In this document: positions 24,836 through 38,960 of the stretch, one piece after another
Position numbering within the stretch: the stretch's first letter is position 1
How the letters are laid out: each line of letters opens with the position of its first letter
The notes under the pieces: model-generated
Databases searched by the model: none
Told to the model about the DNA's origin: nothing
The model's input: only the letters and a program-made list of their open reading frames with translations
From: Chiloscyllium plagiosum
Lineage: Eukaryota
NCBI RefSeq assembly: GCF_004010195.1
Contig: NC_057726.1
Location: forward strand, 70,009,468 to 70,073,467
Length of the DNA: 64,000 nucleotides
Reading direction: 5' to 3'
Program-made: the position numbers and the translations under genes

Positions 24836-27389
24836 GGTGATTGTGATCGTGATGATAGTGGATTATCACCTCCAAGAGTGATGGATATCATTTGAGGTAT
24901 TCAAGGATGTTCTTCCCTTCGTATTAACAAGTGAGATTCATTGCTGGTGACTTTGTTCCCAATGGAAAACTATTTGCGGACATTTTCTACACTATGAATT
25001 GAGAAATACTAGTTATTGATCATGACTGATAATTTAATTTGTCCTTCAGATAATTTGATGGAACAAAATAGAATGAAGGCCGTTTTCAGGGGAGGTAAGA
25101 ATCTGTTCTCTATAAATTAAAACCTAGAAGCTTGACTTGATCAACAGTTGTCACTGTGCAAGATTGCTCTTAGTTTTCAAACTGAATGTTGTCGATAATG
25201 ATCCTGTTTGTGTGGGTGCGGTAATGTCTGAAATGAATTTGAGAGCGAAAGATGGAAAAAAAAACAAAAGTTTAATCTTAAAATGGACAGGGCCCCCTAG
25301 TTTGCTTCCAGAATGTGTGAAACTAGGCACCGGGCGCATAGGGAGAGGCGGGGAGAAATTTGTTCAATCAAGAGAAGGATATTTCAGGTACTCGATAAAA
25401 TAACACAAATCATTTGTGTAATTTGACGAAGGTTAAAGACTTGAGATTGGCAAGATTAAATTATTCAGACAAGGTTCCTTGTTGAAACTGAACTGAAATG
25501 TCTTTGACTGAGAGGAAGTTTGAAATTTAAAAGATCTGCCTATAAATTAAACTAGCATTTTGCTAAGGTAGTGGAGACCTCCCAGGAGCCAATGGATGAT
25601 AAGTAGATTGTGATCAAATTAATTGTTCCTGGATTTACATATTTGAGATGACACATGAGATTCTGATGGTGACGCATTTCAGTTTAAGAATGTGTCAGAG
25701 TCAGATAATGAAGCCCCTTCAATAGCAGAAACAATAGAAATTGCTGGAAAAGCTCAGCAGATCTGGCGGCACCTGTGGAAAGAATTCAGAGTTACTGTTT
25801 TGGTTCAAAGTTCTGAGGAAGAATCACTTGACCCGAAACATTAACTCCTATTTCTTTTCACAGATGCCGTCAAAGCTGTTGAACGTTCCTGCAATTTCTA
25901 TTTTTATTTCTGATTCATATCAGCTGCCGTTCTTTCGGTCACCTTCAATGGCAGGATTGAATGACATTTATTTGTTTTTTGCAAATGATATCATGCTTGT
26001 CAATTGTTTGTGAAGATCCAGGTGTAGGTCTAACAAGTTCCATTCGTCCAATACCAACTTTTCATCAACCAATTACTAAAGATTTAGTACAATATGTGAG
26101 GTCTCTAGCCAAAACCCATATTGGATGTCAATACCTTCCAACATTCATGGGTATGCTGGCTGACTTCCAAACATAATCCCCTTAATATGATTAATGCTAA
26201 CATTGTAATATAGGGGGAAAAACTCAATACATGGAGTAGGTCTGGCAGCATCTGTGCAAAGAGAAAGAAAGGAAATCCTTCAATGCAAATATGACATTTC
26301 ATTCCTTAGAACAGTTATATCAGGTGTAAAATGTTAACTGTCCTTGTTGTCTCACAAATGCTACTGAACCTATTGTGTTCTTCCTGAAATGTATTTTCTT
26401 TTATGTCAGATTGTGAGCATCCACAGTATTTTGATTTCATTCTGTATTTTGATTTCTTTACACAGTGATTGACACTGCCACTTTTTTCGTCTGTAGGCCC
26501 ACCTTGAAACAGTTGTGCTCCACGATATAACAGGAGTTCAGTTGGAATTCTTCAATCTATTCAAATTTATTACTCTCTGTTTCCCTCCTAGTGTTTGATA
26601 TTTGATTTGCCAACAGTCACTTTCAGAGTGACTTCTTCCTCAGTGATGATCCAGCATTGTTTTACTTCAACTGAAGTTCCATTCTTCATATTTTTAATCC
26701 ACAGGTATCTCAGAGGCATACAGCATCCCACAGACTGCTGCTTCCCACTGTAATTTGAGATCCACACTCTGTGCTATGTGTAGCCAAATGCATGCTCTCG
26801 ACCTCACTCTTCCTTATTATGCTTCATATTATCTCAAAGTTGTACTGGTCCAAATTTCATTTTTTATTTGTCTCATTTAATTCTGTTTCACTCTGTTGAG
26901 GACCACAAATTCCAGAAACCTTGAATTCTTCCTCCATTTCTCTCTAACTCCAAGAACCTCCTATTATAACCTTATGTCCACTCCACACTCTAACCTCTCC
27001 ATTTTTGATACTGAATGATCTGTTCTCAGCAAAGACGTATGTTTGTGCATTTGCTCTTCAGTTTCAATGAATTGCGAGCACAAATTATGTTGTTTTTATC
27101 ATGAGAAAAGTGATATTGAACTTCAAATTTTGCTTCTCCCTTCAAGTATCCTGCCAAACGTGTGTTTCTCCAGCACGTTCTGTGCTAATGTCAAATACCC
27201 AGTATACATGGTAAGTTGCTTGTGACAACCATTATTTGAAATGTTTCCAGAAATGTCGAAAGTGGACAACAACGGAAAATCTATAGGTATTGTTTCTTTA
27301 AGCTTCAAACGGGAATTTTATAAAATCCCAAAAATCAGACTGATAATTACAGTATTGGCACATAGAACTGTGAGAAAGTGACTGATAAA

Positions 27390-30300
27390 GCTGGGAAATT
27401 GGTTAAGTGGTAGGCGACAGAAAGTTGGGATATGGATAGGTACTTATTATGGCAGGATGTGACCTGTGATGTCCCACAAGGATCTGTATTAGGGCTTCAA
27501 ATTTTCTATGACGTATGAACAATTTGGATAAGGGTATAAAAATCATGTAGCCAAATTTGCTGGTGATACAAAGTTAGACAGAATTGAAGGTGATAGAATA
27601 TATACACAAAGAGACTAAGTGAATGGGAGATTTAAAAGAGTGACAGATCAAGTTCAATGTAAGCAAGTGTAATGTTCGACAGCATGAACCAGGCTGATAT
27701 GCTTGAACAGGTTGATGTTACGGAAGAGGATATGCTGAAAATGGTGGAAAATGTAAGGGCAGGTAAGTCCCCAAGGCCAGGCACGATATACTCAAGTTTA
27801 CTACAGGAAGTGTAGGAAGAGATTGCTGTGCCTTTAGCAATGATGTCACTGTCCAGTGATGATTGGAGGGTGCAAATGGTATTCTCATGTTCAAGAAATG
27901 GAATAGGGATATACCTGGGAATTAAAGACCAGTTAACCTGAGCATCAATGGTGAGCAAGTTATTGGAGAGTATTCTGAGAGATAGGATTGATGATTACTT
28001 GGAAAACCATAGTTAGATTGGAGATAGTCAGCTTGGTTTTGTGAGGATTTGGAGATGCCGGTTTTGGACTGGTGTGTACAAATTTAAAAATCACACAACA
28101 CCAGGTTATAGTCCAACAGGTTTAATTGGAAGTGCACTAGCTTTCGGAGCATCGCTCATTCATCGTGTGGTTTTGGAGGACTCAATTGCAAGACACAGAA
28201 CTTATAACAAAAGTTTACAGTGTGATTTAACTGAGTCTTTCATCTGTTGAGTCTTTCATCTTTTCGAATACCATGATAGTTTCACTTATTTCATGTGTAA
28301 ATCACAAAACGTTTCTTAAAAAGTTGCATTCTCAGGTTAACTGTTCCAATTGGTGTTAGCTAGACAATACGTTGAAGGTGTTAGCCCCCTGTGTTCTCTG
28401 TCTGTGCCATAATGTTTAGACTAATTCTAATCTAAAAAGTGAGATAGTAGAGTCTTACATGGAATTCATGCAGGCTTTGAGCAAAGTACAATGTAACTCT
28501 GCAAGTATAAATTCACCCCACAAACGTATATGTATATGTGTGCATGTGGGTCTTTGTGTGTGTGTGTGTGTGTGTGTGTCTGTCTGTCTGTCTGGGTTGC
28601 GGGTTGTGAGTGTGGTAGTGTGTGTGTCTGTAAGGGTGTGTGCAAGTGTCTGTATATATGTGTGTCCATATGTTTGTGAGTATATAGGAGTACCTGGGAG
28701 TGTGTGTGCGTGTATGTGTAGGAGTGTCTGTGTGTGTGTATAGTGTAATGGTGTTCACCTGCAGTGTGACATGAACACAAAGTTGAGGCCCTCCCTATGG
28801 GTACGGAACTTAGCTATCAGCCTCTGTTCAGCCACTTTTCATTGCTGCCTGTCCCGAAGTGCGCCTTGGAGGATGGTCACCCGAAGGTCCAAGTTCGAAT
28901 GTCCTGGACCACTGAAGTGTTCCCCAACTAGAAGGGAACACTCCTGTCTGTTGATTGTTGTCGCCTTTGCTCAGTTTCCCCAATGTACCGTGCCTCAGGG
29001 CATCCTTGCCTGCAACATATAAGATAGACAACGTTGGCTGAGTAACATGAGTGCCTCCCACGTACATGGTGAGGGGTGTCCCCACGTGCAATGGTGGCAT
29101 CCATGTCCACACTCCTACACGTCTTGCAGCACCTACCGTCACAGGCTTGTACGTAGTTGTCTTGAAAGCTGTGCAGTTTGCTACGAACAATGGTCTGTTT
29201 GAGGTTTGGTGATTCTTTAAAGGCCAGCAGTGGAGATGTGGGGAAGGTCTTGGCAAAGTGCTCACCCTTATTGATGAAGTGTTGCAGGTCACGGAGAACA
29301 TGGCGTAGATTTTCAGCTCCAGGGAAGTACTGAACAACAAAGGGTATCCTGCCGGTTGCAGAACGTATCTGTCTCCTGAGGCGGTCATTAAGGTTCTTTG
29401 CTGTGCCACATCAGAACTGGCGGTCGAAGAGCGTTGTACCTCGTTCTTATGAGGGCATCCCTGAGTACTTCTAGGTGCCTGTCACGTTCCTCCTCATCTG
29501 AACAGATCCAATGTAGGCGCAGGGCTTGTCCATAGGGGATGGCTGTTTTAATATGTTTTGAGTGGAGCTGGTGAGGGACATGTCTTGCTTCACAAATGTT
29601 ATCGAATTCTTTGAGGTCATGAGAAAACACATGAAAGAAAGTAGAGCAGTGGATGTTGTGCACATTGATTTTAGTCAGGCATTTGATAAGGTTCCTCATG
29701 GTCGGCTCATTCAGAAACTAAGGAGGCATGGGATACAGTACATTTGACTGTCTACAGAATTGGCTGGCCCATAGAAGACAGAGGATGGTACTAGATGGAA
29801 AATATTCAGCATGGCACTGTGGTATTCCCCAGGGATCTGATCTAGGACCTCTGCTCTTTGTGAATTTTATAAATGACTTGGATGAGGAAGTGGAAGGTTG
29901 GGCTAATAAGTTTCCTGATGACACAAAGGTTGGTGGATTAGTGGACAGTGTGGAGGGCTGTTGTAGGTTGCATTGGGAATAGACAGGATGCAAAACTGGG
30001 CTGATAAGCGGCAGATGGAGTTCAATCTGGAAAGGTGTGAAGTGATTCACTTTGCAAGGTTGAATTTGAATGCAATATACAGGGTTAGAGGCAGGATTCT
30101 TGGCCGTGTGGAGTATCAGAGATATCTTGGGTTTCATGTCCACAGTGGTGTGTTGGCTTTCATTAGCAGGGGGATTGAGTTAAAGATCCACAAGGTAATT
30201 CTGCATTTCTGTAGAGCCCTGGTTCGAACACACTTGGAATATTGTGTTCAGTTCTGATTGTCTCATTATACGAAGGATGTGGAAGTTTTAGAGAATATGC

Positions 30301-30690
30301 AGAGGAGATTTACAGGGATGCTGCCTGGATTGGACGGCATGTCTTATGAAGAAAGGTTGAGGGAGCTTAGGTTTTTCTCACTAGCACTAAGAAGGATGAG
30401 AGGCAACTTGATAGAGGTGAGAAGCATCAATATAGTGAATAATCAGAGACTTTTTTCCCAGGGCAGAAATGGCTATCACAAGGAGGCACAATTTTAATGT
30501 GATTGGGGGAAGGTTGAGGGTAGATATCAGAGGTCGGTTCTTTGCACAGGGTGTGGTGGCTTCGTGGAATGGATGATATTAAAATGAAGGGCACATAGGA
30601 TAGTTTGATCCTAGAGTACGATAAAAACTTGGCAAAACATCATGGGCTAAAGAGCCTGTACTGTTCTGCACTGTTTTATGTTCTATGTGA
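27390..30690 (+). mobile_element. Degenerate CR1 LINE fragments (interrupted by PLE 28047-29570)
   Basis: DVVHIDFSQAFDKVPHG, GIPQGSDLGPLLF, KFPDDTKVGG, RTHLEYCVQF; tail GTTTTATGTTCTATG. Confidence 0.9.
28047..29570 (-). mobile_element. 5'-truncated Penelope-like element
   Basis: HIKTAIPYGQALRLHWICSDEEERD (RT C-terminus) and HSCYSANVVYLICCRQGCPEARYIGETEQ (GIY-YIG); internal (TG)n; short GTGAGG duplication at 28041-28046 / 29571-29576; same terminus as 20185 and 40540. Confidence 0.9.
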
Positions 30691-31059
30691 TCCATTTGGG
30701 ATCAAGAAAAGGATAAATCAGGGTACTTACTAACTGGTATGAATTCAAATAAAGTGAATGTCCAAATAGACTTGGTGGTTCATCTGGAAAGGTCTTTAAA
30801 ATGCCATGAGAGGTTCAGAAAGTAATCAAAAAAGCTAAAGAAATGCTGGCCTTGATACATCGATGATTGGAATACAACGGGTCGCAAATGTTCCAAACTC
30901 CATTCCACCTCTGGCAATGAATTCAAAACAGTTAGTGATTTTAAATCTGAGATAGATTTTGTTTTATGAATAGTCAGTGACACACATTGCATGATTTTTT
31001 TCATTGGAACGTAGATGATGGTGATTTTCATGAAGCAGATGGGGACTTCAGATTTGAGT

Positions 31060-31710
31060 AAGAGAGGTTAAACATTTCTGTGTATACTCTTGCCTGCTGG
31101 TCTGCACTGGATCTGAATGTATGGCCAGGGACTCCGACAGGAGGTGGAGAAGTCAACTTTTCCAGTATAACCCTCTCTCAGGAATGGAGGTGGTGTTAGG
31201 GAGAGCTGCAGATAAAGAAGATGGGATAAGGGTTATGGATGGAGAGAGGGGTGGAGGGATGAGGTAGTGATAGGTGAATACAGGTGGTGGATATGACGTG
31301 GTTGGTTAATGGGACGAGTGGACCAATTTAACATCTGCTGCAGTGACTGTGGGAACAGGTGCATCTGCGACTGTTGTGATAGGTGACATGGTTTCAGTAA
31401 CCTTCTGTTCAAAGTGACCACAGAATGCATTGAGATCATTCAATAGGAACGTCGTGTTGCCTGCAATTCCATTTGCCTTTCCTTTGGAAGCTGGTGTAAG
31501 CCTTGCCACAAATGATGGGTGTCCGTGTGGTTGGTCTGGGTGTCAAGCTTAGACTTGTATTGCCTCTTGCAGCTCTGATGGTCTTCTGAAGGTCATAGTT
31601 GGATTTTCCCAATTGCTCAGGGCTTCCCGACTTGCACTGCGCTGACCTGGACTTCAGTATGGAGTGGTTCTCCCGGTTCATCCATGATTTCCGGTTGGGA
31701 GACCCTCCCA
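31060..31710 (-). mobile_element. Rex1/Babar-like LINE fragment
   Basis: PNRKSWMNRENHSILKSR...SNYDLQKTIRAAR and LLNDLNAFCGHFE...VPTVTAADV resemble the linker region of Rex/Babar ORF2 (family assignment from recall). Confidence 0.6.
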
Positions 31711-31733
31711 CTCATGAAAAACAGAAAAGTAGG

Positions 31734-31755
31734 AAGGTTATATTTCGTACATATG
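31734..31755 (+). pseudogene. Possible leader exon of gene 1 with ATG lost (AAG)
   Basis: AAG GTT ATA TTT CGT ACA TAT G|GT is 22 nt, phase 1, same length as the gene 2 leader, and preceded by a similar GAAAAACAG; joined reading xVIFRTYVCLQLALSVSSG looks like a signal peptide. Confidence 0.35.
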
Positions 31756-32754
31756 GTATTAGTAAGGTAATATCTGGCATCATGTGTACAATAGTGCTCT
31801 TGTCATTTAAGGAAAGATGTAAAGGCTTTGAGAGCAGGCCAGAGATGATTTACCAGAATAATATTTCGAAGAGACCCATTGATTTATGAGGATTAGTTGG
31901 AACGTCCAAGCTAAGCTTTTAGAAGAATAAGTCCAATTGACTGAAACATATCGAATCCAAGGTGGGTCTTGGCAGGGTTCATGTTATCAGAATGTTTACA
32001 ACTGAGGGAGGTTGGAGAATTAATGGCAGTTGCATAAATGCGAAGACTCCTCCATGTAACACATCGCTGAGGAGAGCATCTTATTCTAAAACCGAAAGAC
32101 TTATTTCTTTACATCGCATCACACTTCCTCGAAAGGTGGGGAAGCAGAGTATTTGATTTTTTTTTAAAAATCAACCTATATAGATGTTTGTTCATCGCAG
32201 TGGGGGGTGGGAATGGTGGTCTGACGGTCTTAAAATTCATCGTTGCTTGACTCAGTTAGGAATATTAAATGTGATTATTTGAAAGAACACACTGATGTTT
32301 GTTCTGCTCATGTAGTCCACACATCCCCTACAGAGGGAATGACTGGCTTGAATGATCAGCTCGAGCCGTAGACAGCGAGTGGCCAACTGTTGCACTGAAC
32401 TTCAGCAAAAGGAACAAAAAAGAGTCACGTTCCTGATCAATGAACCGGATGTTAAGCTGAACTCTGACACTGTCTGTCCAACGCACTTTCAAGTTATTGC
32501 AAACTATCAGGCAGTTCACGCCCTGTCTCTCCAGCAAATAGATCAACATGTTCCTGAGTATTGCACTTTTCTGTAGATTTATTCAGGCATCAATTTTCCC
32601 AGGTATTCTCTCCTTTTCTACAGTATATTGTCTTTCCGTAAAGTCGATCTGTTATTTAATCTTTTTTTTAATATATCGTGTACTGTTCTCCTTTGGACAG
32701 TTTAAATCAATTACTGAACTCCACTCTTTTAACTCTTTTATTTAATCCTGTTAG

Positions 32755-33098
32755 TTTGTTTGCAACTGGCTCTTTCTGTAAGTTCTGGGGTAATCTCGGA
32801 TAAAGTGACCCAGTTACCAGGGAACATGACTAAAAGTGTCGGTGCAAATATGTCATTCGATTGCTCGCTTCGTTTATTTTCAAGTCGGCCACGCTGTTAA
32901 GGTAACTTGGTGGAAGCAAGGTGATTCTTATTATCTACACGCGGAACAAGATGGCCGAAAAGTAACTGGCCACAAAAATTAGGTGGTTTTCTTCAGATAA
33001 TCCATGTCTGTGTACAGGACAGAGGAATGTACTATTGCACAATCGTCCATCAAGCCAAATTGATTGGAAACAGAACAGGGTACAATTAAAAGTGTGTG
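32755..33098 (+). pseudogene. Ig V-set (VJ-type) exon, frameshifted
   Basis: ttag| CLQLALSVSSGVISDKVTQLPGNMTKSVGANMSFDCSLRLF /fs/ QVGHAVKVTWWKQGDSYYLHAEQDGRKVTGHK /fs/ LGGFLQIIHVCVQDRGMYYCTIVHQAKLIGNRT /fs/ VQLKVC g|gt; canonical C, W and DxGxYxC; aligns with 54028-54360. Confidence 0.9.
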
Positions 33099-33937
33099 GT
33101 ATATATGAAAGCAAGAAGGGAAGCGATTCTCGGGTGTGCTTGGAAAAGTTCACATTACAGGATTTATTAAACATGTATTTGATGTTGCATGTTCTTCAAT
33201 GGCAAGTTGACGTTTTTGTCCAACCGTAATTATCCTTGAACTGAGTGGTTTCCTTGGTCAACTGGGAGAGTTGTTGAGAGGCAGCAACGTTGCTGTATGT
33301 TTTGAGTGACATAGTGTCCAAGCAGGTCCGAATGGCAGGCGGTGTGCGTACGCTCCTTCGAGACATCTCCACAGTTCCTGATACATGCCTACATTTTAAT
33401 TGCATCGCTGACTGCTGTACTTCATGTTCAGAGTTTCACTAGCTTAGAATGATGTCTCAGCAGTTTTACCTGAATTATACTGCCGTGGGACATAAACAGG
33501 AATCTCAAGTACTATTGCAATATGATGAAAAGATACCTGCCCTGATCAAGGGTCATCCAAACGTTAACTTGCTCTCTCTCCGTGGGTGCTACCTGACCCG
33601 CTGTGATCGCCAGCATTTGTTGCTTTCAGTACAGATTCCAGTATCTGGAGTAATTTGCTGCGACATTTCAACGATCTTGGTTAAGTGCAATAGCCTGTCG
33701 CGGGCGACACAGATTTGATCATATTTGATGATTTATTTTTAACATCCTCTTTGCTCAAAGTCGACAGTTGAGAAGAAGGTTCCCTGGTGCCCAAGTTTTC
33801 ACCCTGTCTTTTTCACAGATGCTGCCAGACTTGTTAAGGTTCTTCAGCAATTTCTGTTTATTTTTGTTGATGACGTTTCTTGGCGGGTTTATTTTAAAGC
33901 GAAAGTGACGATTGCAGATGCTGGAGGGTAGGATCAA

Positions 33938-34064
33938 GAGTGTGGTGCTGGAAAAGCACAGCAGATCAGGCAGCATTCCTGATGAAGGGCTTTTTGCCTG
34001 AAACGTCGATTTTTCTGCTCCTCTGATGCTGCCTGACCTGCTCTGCTTTTCCAGCACCACACTC
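33938..34064. mobile_element. PLE terminal fold-back fragment with a hammerhead core in the loop
   Basis: 39-bp inverted arms 33938-33976 / 34026-34064 enclosing CTGATGAAGGGCTTTTTGCCTGAAACGTCG. Confidence 0.75.
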
Positions 34065-34604
34065 CATGCTCATTTTTTTTGACGGTGTAATTTTAATGGG
34101 TAAATATTAAAATTTTGAAAGCTGATATTTCTAAAATATAAAAAACTGCTGGAGCCACCGTCCTGTACATTCCACATGCTTTTGCCTTGCAATAAGTAAG
34201 TGACTACGTTGGCTTCCGTGTCAGTTATGGATCAGTTATTTTTCCCCTCTGTTGTTATGTCGTTTCCACCGCTGCATTATTGCACCACCAGCGATAGCAA
34301 ATCATGAATCCAATTCCAGAGCCTCTCGACAGTTATTTCCAACAGAAAAACTGAGATCTGTAACAACAGCGGTCCACGTTTTCTTGCCCGTGCTTTGTCC
34401 GGGGATGAGTTAATATTCCCGTTGATACTGTACTATGTTCGAGTCCTAGCACCAACAGCGCGCGTTGTCCAACCCACACCACCATGAGCACCTTCCCCCA
34501 CAACTGGACAGTAACTGTCCAGCAATGGGCAGAAACAAAAGATTGGGTTGTAATCCTCTTCTGATGTCGAGGTAATTTCTTTTTCTTCCTGTTCACTTTC
34601 CTCG

Positions 34605-34914
34605 TTCCACCGACTCCACTGAATATTCTCTCAGCAGCCTGGAAAAGAGCCATCTGTGACCCTTGCTGTTTTATGCTCCACAGCTCCCTTTTACCCGAGG
34701 GATACCAGTTTTACTTGGTACAAAGATGGCAGTAAAACTACAACAGGAATCAGTACAGTCATTTGAGCAACAGACAACAGATGATACGAAGCATCCAGCT
34801 GGTTGGAAGAAACACAGGCAATCCGATCCAGAACTGTTTATACCTGCATGGTATCCCACAGCACCGTCCAAAGTTCAGCTGCAGTCAGTCACATCATAAT
34901 GAAGGACAACCCGG
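34605..34914 (+). pseudogene. Ig C1-set exon, inactivated
   Basis: PPTPLNIL /fs/ PGKEPSVTLAVLCSTAPFYPRDTSFTWYKDGSKTTTGISTVI*ATDNR*YEASSWLEETQAIRSRTVYTCMVSHSTVQSSAAVSHIIMKDNP; C1 motifs CxxxxFYP, W, YxCxVxH; TGA at 34764 and 34782; acceptor reads CG and donor reads AA. Confidence 0.9.
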
Positions 34915-34969
34915 AAAAGAATTCTACTGGAACCGTATCATTAATAACGCACATCAAATGTGTAATACA

Positions 34970-35300
34970 TAGAATCATACTGCACGGAAACAGACCCTCA
35001 GGTCCAACCAGTCCATGCCGAACCTCATCCAAACTAAACTAGTCCCATCCGCCTGCATTTGTCCATAATCCGGCCAAAACTTTCCCATTTATGTACTTAT
35101 CCAAATGTGTTTTAAACGTTGTAATTGTCCCCACATCCATTACTTCTTCAGGAAGTTCATTCCACATGTGACCCAAATTCTGTGTAAAAACATTGCCCCC
35201 ATACATTTTTAAAATCTCTCTCCTCTCACTTAAAAATGTGCCCCTTGTCTTGTAATCCCCCTTTTCTAGAGAAAAGACAACTACCCTTCACCGTATCTGT
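34970..35300 (-). mobile_element. CR1 LINE 3' end
   Basis: CATAGAATCATACTGCACGGAAACAGACCCT tail followed by degenerate ORF2 end on minus strand. Confidence 0.8.
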
Positions 35301-35891
35301 ACGGAAACTTTTGAGAGTAACATGCCCATCTCTTAACGAGAAATATGCACTATCTTGAGTGAGAGTGCACCAATGGTGGGCAAGCGAGGACCGATGAAGC
35401 AGTGGAGAGGGTTTTGAGTTAGTTATCCAAGTGGACACCCATCAGGATCTGAATGAGATACATTTGAGGTTTGGTCTTAACTCTGGTGTTTGGCAGGGAA
35501 TGTCTCACTAACAGATGGTTCCAAGAGGCATTTGTACTGCCATTGGTTTTCCTCAAAACAGTCCAGTAGCCTTTCTACAGTAAAATCATGGACGATTTAT
35601 CTGCCACTCCAGTTTAATGAGCTCCTGGAGACTGAGAAAACATTCGCCACGATTTATATTCTCTGCAAGTTCCCTTCAGAAAATGGAGATTTCAGACAAA
35701 TATGTAAAGATTGTTATCTCAGTCTGAAAATCCAAAGGGAAGTGGAAAACTTAAGTTCAGTTCTGTAATTGAATATGCATCCCATTAAGACATAACCAAA
35801 ATAATTTAATGTACCATAACTTTCCACTCACATGTTAACTGATACGAACAGTAAGCAATGTTAATTGATGGTTGTGATTTGGTTGTTTTAG

Positions 35892-35996
35892 ACTGTGTGT
35901 TCACAAAGTACTTGATGATTTCTGCAACTGTATCAGGTGGATTATTGGTGGTCAGCCTCATCATGATGAAGCGATATGCAGCCATGAAAAACATGG
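35892..35996 (+). pseudogene. Transmembrane exon of gene 1
   Basis: ttttag|AC...ATG G|gtagg, 105 nt, phase 1-1, open: CVFTKYLMISATVSGGLLVVSLIMMKRYAAMKNM; about 20 uncharged residues then KR stop-transfer, no charged residue within the span. Confidence 0.8.
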
Positions 35997-37289
35997 GTAG
36001 GAAGTTATTTAATCTTTTCAAATACACAACGCCCAAATGGAATGTCAATTTTAACTTTGCACCATATGTCCAACTTTTCTATGTGGAACTGAATAGGTTA
36101 AACAATACTTAGCTTGTCTGACATGGCCAGTGCAATATAAGGTCAATGGTGTACAATATTCAAATTTCATCCAACCTCCCATTGATACGGGCATGCCAAA
36201 GGTGCTTTATTACAAAAGGAAGATTATTTCATTATCTGGGATTATTGATTTTGGGGAATTACTCTGCAGGTTTCCCAGCATGCATTCATTTTTGAACAAT
36301 CAATTTCTGAATATCAAAATATGTTAGTAATCAAATATTGGGCTGCATTTTTCTGAGGAATGGCAATCTCACACAGATTGGCATCCTGACCCTTCTATTA
36401 CAGATGTAAAGGGCTCCATATTTTTGAAAGGAGCTTTTGATCAAGTATCCATCAGAAACACAGAGTTCTGCTTCCATTGTAATAGTTCTCTGGTAACACA
36501 GACCAGTCAGGGAAAAGCAAATTAAGTCTCCTTTTCACAGCAGTCACTTGCCCCTTTCTGAAGTTTCGCTGTCCAGAACTGACAGCCACTTTTGCACCAG
36601 CTGTCAAGTGGTAGGTACCAAATGTAAGTATGAGGTTAGGGTGCTGCGAGGGCATGCTGCCATCTGGATGAGGTTCATCCAAGTGGGATGAAGTAGCAAG
36701 CTGATATGAATTAGGGTGGCAGGTGGGAATTATGCCAAATGTGCAGGTGGCCAATTGGGTGCCGGGTATTCTGCTATGGTGTAGGATTTCAGGTGGGTAG
36801 AATGCCAAATTGGGAGGGAACACTTTGACAGGAAATAGGATGCCAGGTGAATAGGATAGTGGTATGGCACATGAGTAACTTCATTATGACAGGGCCAAGA
36901 TAGCTAATAAGCCAGTTTAGTGATACAGTGCTTAAAGTGCATCAGGACAGTTGAAAAATTGGGGCCAGCACAAGGGAGTGATTATCTTATCCGAAAGAAG
37001 TCAGGTCTCCCCATGGGAAGGGCATGGATTGGTCCTAGGAGGGGCAGTGACTGACCATACTGGAAATTCGGCAAGAGGGATATCATGTCCCAAACGAGGA
37101 AGTGGGCAACTTGTCCCAGGAATGTGGAGTCAGATTGGGTTTGAAGTGAGGGAAGGAAAGAGCTTCTCCAGGGCAGGTAATGGTATTGGTGCCAAGTCTG
37201 AAGTGAGGAAAGTGGATTGCTGTTTCCTGTGTCGGGGAAGATGATCCTGAACCAAATGGGTCACAGGTAGATTTTATTTATGGACCATA

Positions 37290-37650
37290 TAAGGTTGAGG
37301 GGTGACCTTACCAAGGTTTATAAAATCATGAGACGTGTAGCTAAGGTGAACAGAAAATGTCCTTTCCCTGGGGTGGGGAAGATCACCGGAGGAGAAAGAT
37401 TTAACAGGGACCTGACGGACATCTTTTTCACACTGAGGGTGGTTTGTGTGTGGAATGATCTGCCAGAGGAAGTGATAGATGCAAGTACAGTTACATCATT
37501 TAAAATATGTTTGGATAGACAAATGGATAGGAAAGCTTTAGAGGGATTTGGACCAAATGCAGGCTGTGGGATTAGTTTAGTTTGGGAAACTTGTTTGGCA
37601 TGGACTGGTTGGGCTGCAGTGTCTGTTATCATGCTGTATGACTCAACGAC
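37290..37650 (+). mobile_element. CR1 LINE 3' end
   Basis: RLRGDLTKVYKIMR...FFTLRVVCVWNDLP. Confidence 0.9.
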
Positions 37651-38739
37651 TCTGTCCAGAGACGGGGAAGTGGAGCTATGTCTGCAGTAGGGAAAAAATG
37701 GTGATGTATCTAGCTTTGGGGGATGGGAATGCGTGAGGTTTAATCTGGGGAAAGGGGAGACTCTGTTTTAAAGGTGTGGAGGCAGATCAGCTTCAGAGAT
37801 GGTAAGAATGGGCAGCATCCTGCGGGAGAGTCCCATCAGACCCATTGTGGGGAAAGGGTGGTTGCTGGAACCAAGAAAAACAAAGCAGTGAAGGAGGAGC
37901 TGGTCCAGAAAACATCAGGGTTTTGTCATTTCCACAGGCCAGCATGGTGTCAGGTACCAGGCAGAGGAAGGTGATTTCTGGTCAGGATGTCTGAGCAAAT
38001 GTTGCCTGTCAGTCATATTGTTATTCAGGAGTTGGACTACATCTTCAATAGTATAAGGTTTGATGTGATTGTCTGTATTTAATTTAATCAGGGACCTCCA
38101 AATTCTATTTACGTGGATGCTTTCAGAGGGTTCTAAGTGTAGAGAAATTGCCCAGTGGAACCTTCAATTTCCTGGCAATTCTTTTGGAGTCTTCTATATT
38201 GAGCAGTCCACGATTGTCTTCATGTTCAGCTCCCATCCATGATGAAAGGTAATTTGTCTGGCACTGGACAATGTGGGCCAATATCTTTTTAAAATTGTGG
38301 TACGTGGATTATGTTATGACTTGCGTTAAGTTTTGCAGAAATGCATTTCCTGGATTGCTATTCATTTTAAAATTTATTTCATACCACAGTAGTGAAAACC
38401 ATTGATGACAAATCGAATAATGATGAACACAAGGCAAGTTTTTTTTTACACAAAATATAACTTGTACGTAACTAATTAGCATTTAGTGCAATAGCTATAT
38501 TTTATTTTGCTGCTGTAATTATTTATGCAAAACAGCACAGATTGTATTCAATGATACAGGATTAAAACAATAACATCAATAGGTCAGATGGTGTCTAATG
38601 TAGCTGTAATATTTTGATTGTGGATATGCTAATTAAGAGTGTGTACAGAACAGAATGTTCACTTTTGCCTCTTAGGAAAAGAAACCACTGTAATGTGCTT
38701 AGTTTGTATGTAGCCTAGTCCAAAATATAGACATTGACT

Positions 38740-38960
38740 TTTTTCCTCCAACTGACATTAACTTACAAGCCCAACTTTACCAGTCAAGCAGGAGTTGACA
38801 ATGATATTTGCCATTATCAGTGATGTCTCCAGATGCAGAATTAATAGCACGTTTTTCTGAATGTTGAATTTTGGCGACGGCAGTTTTGTGATTTTTTGAT
38901 GCACTCTGTGCCAGACTGAAAAAGTGATTCGTGATGTCAAGAACAGCAGGAAACATCAAA
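38740..38960 (-). pseudogene. Antisense fossil Ig-domain fragment
   Basis: *CFLLFLTSRITFSVWHRVHQKITKLPSPKFNIQKNVLLILHL /fs/ DITDNGKYHCQLLLD /fs/ GKVGL: C-x13-W and DxGxYxC at Ig-like spacing; needs two frameshifts. Confidence 0.45.

Noticed and set aside
28459-28780. Cys/Val- or His/Thr-rich ORFs
   Set aside because: Translation of a degenerate (TG)n tract within a Penelope element.
32755-33098. Frameshifts in gene 1 as sequencing errors (all three are in short homopolymers)
   Set aside because: The same gene has substitution-type stops (34764, 34782, 40277, 40737) and lost splice sites, so pseudogene status does not depend on them.
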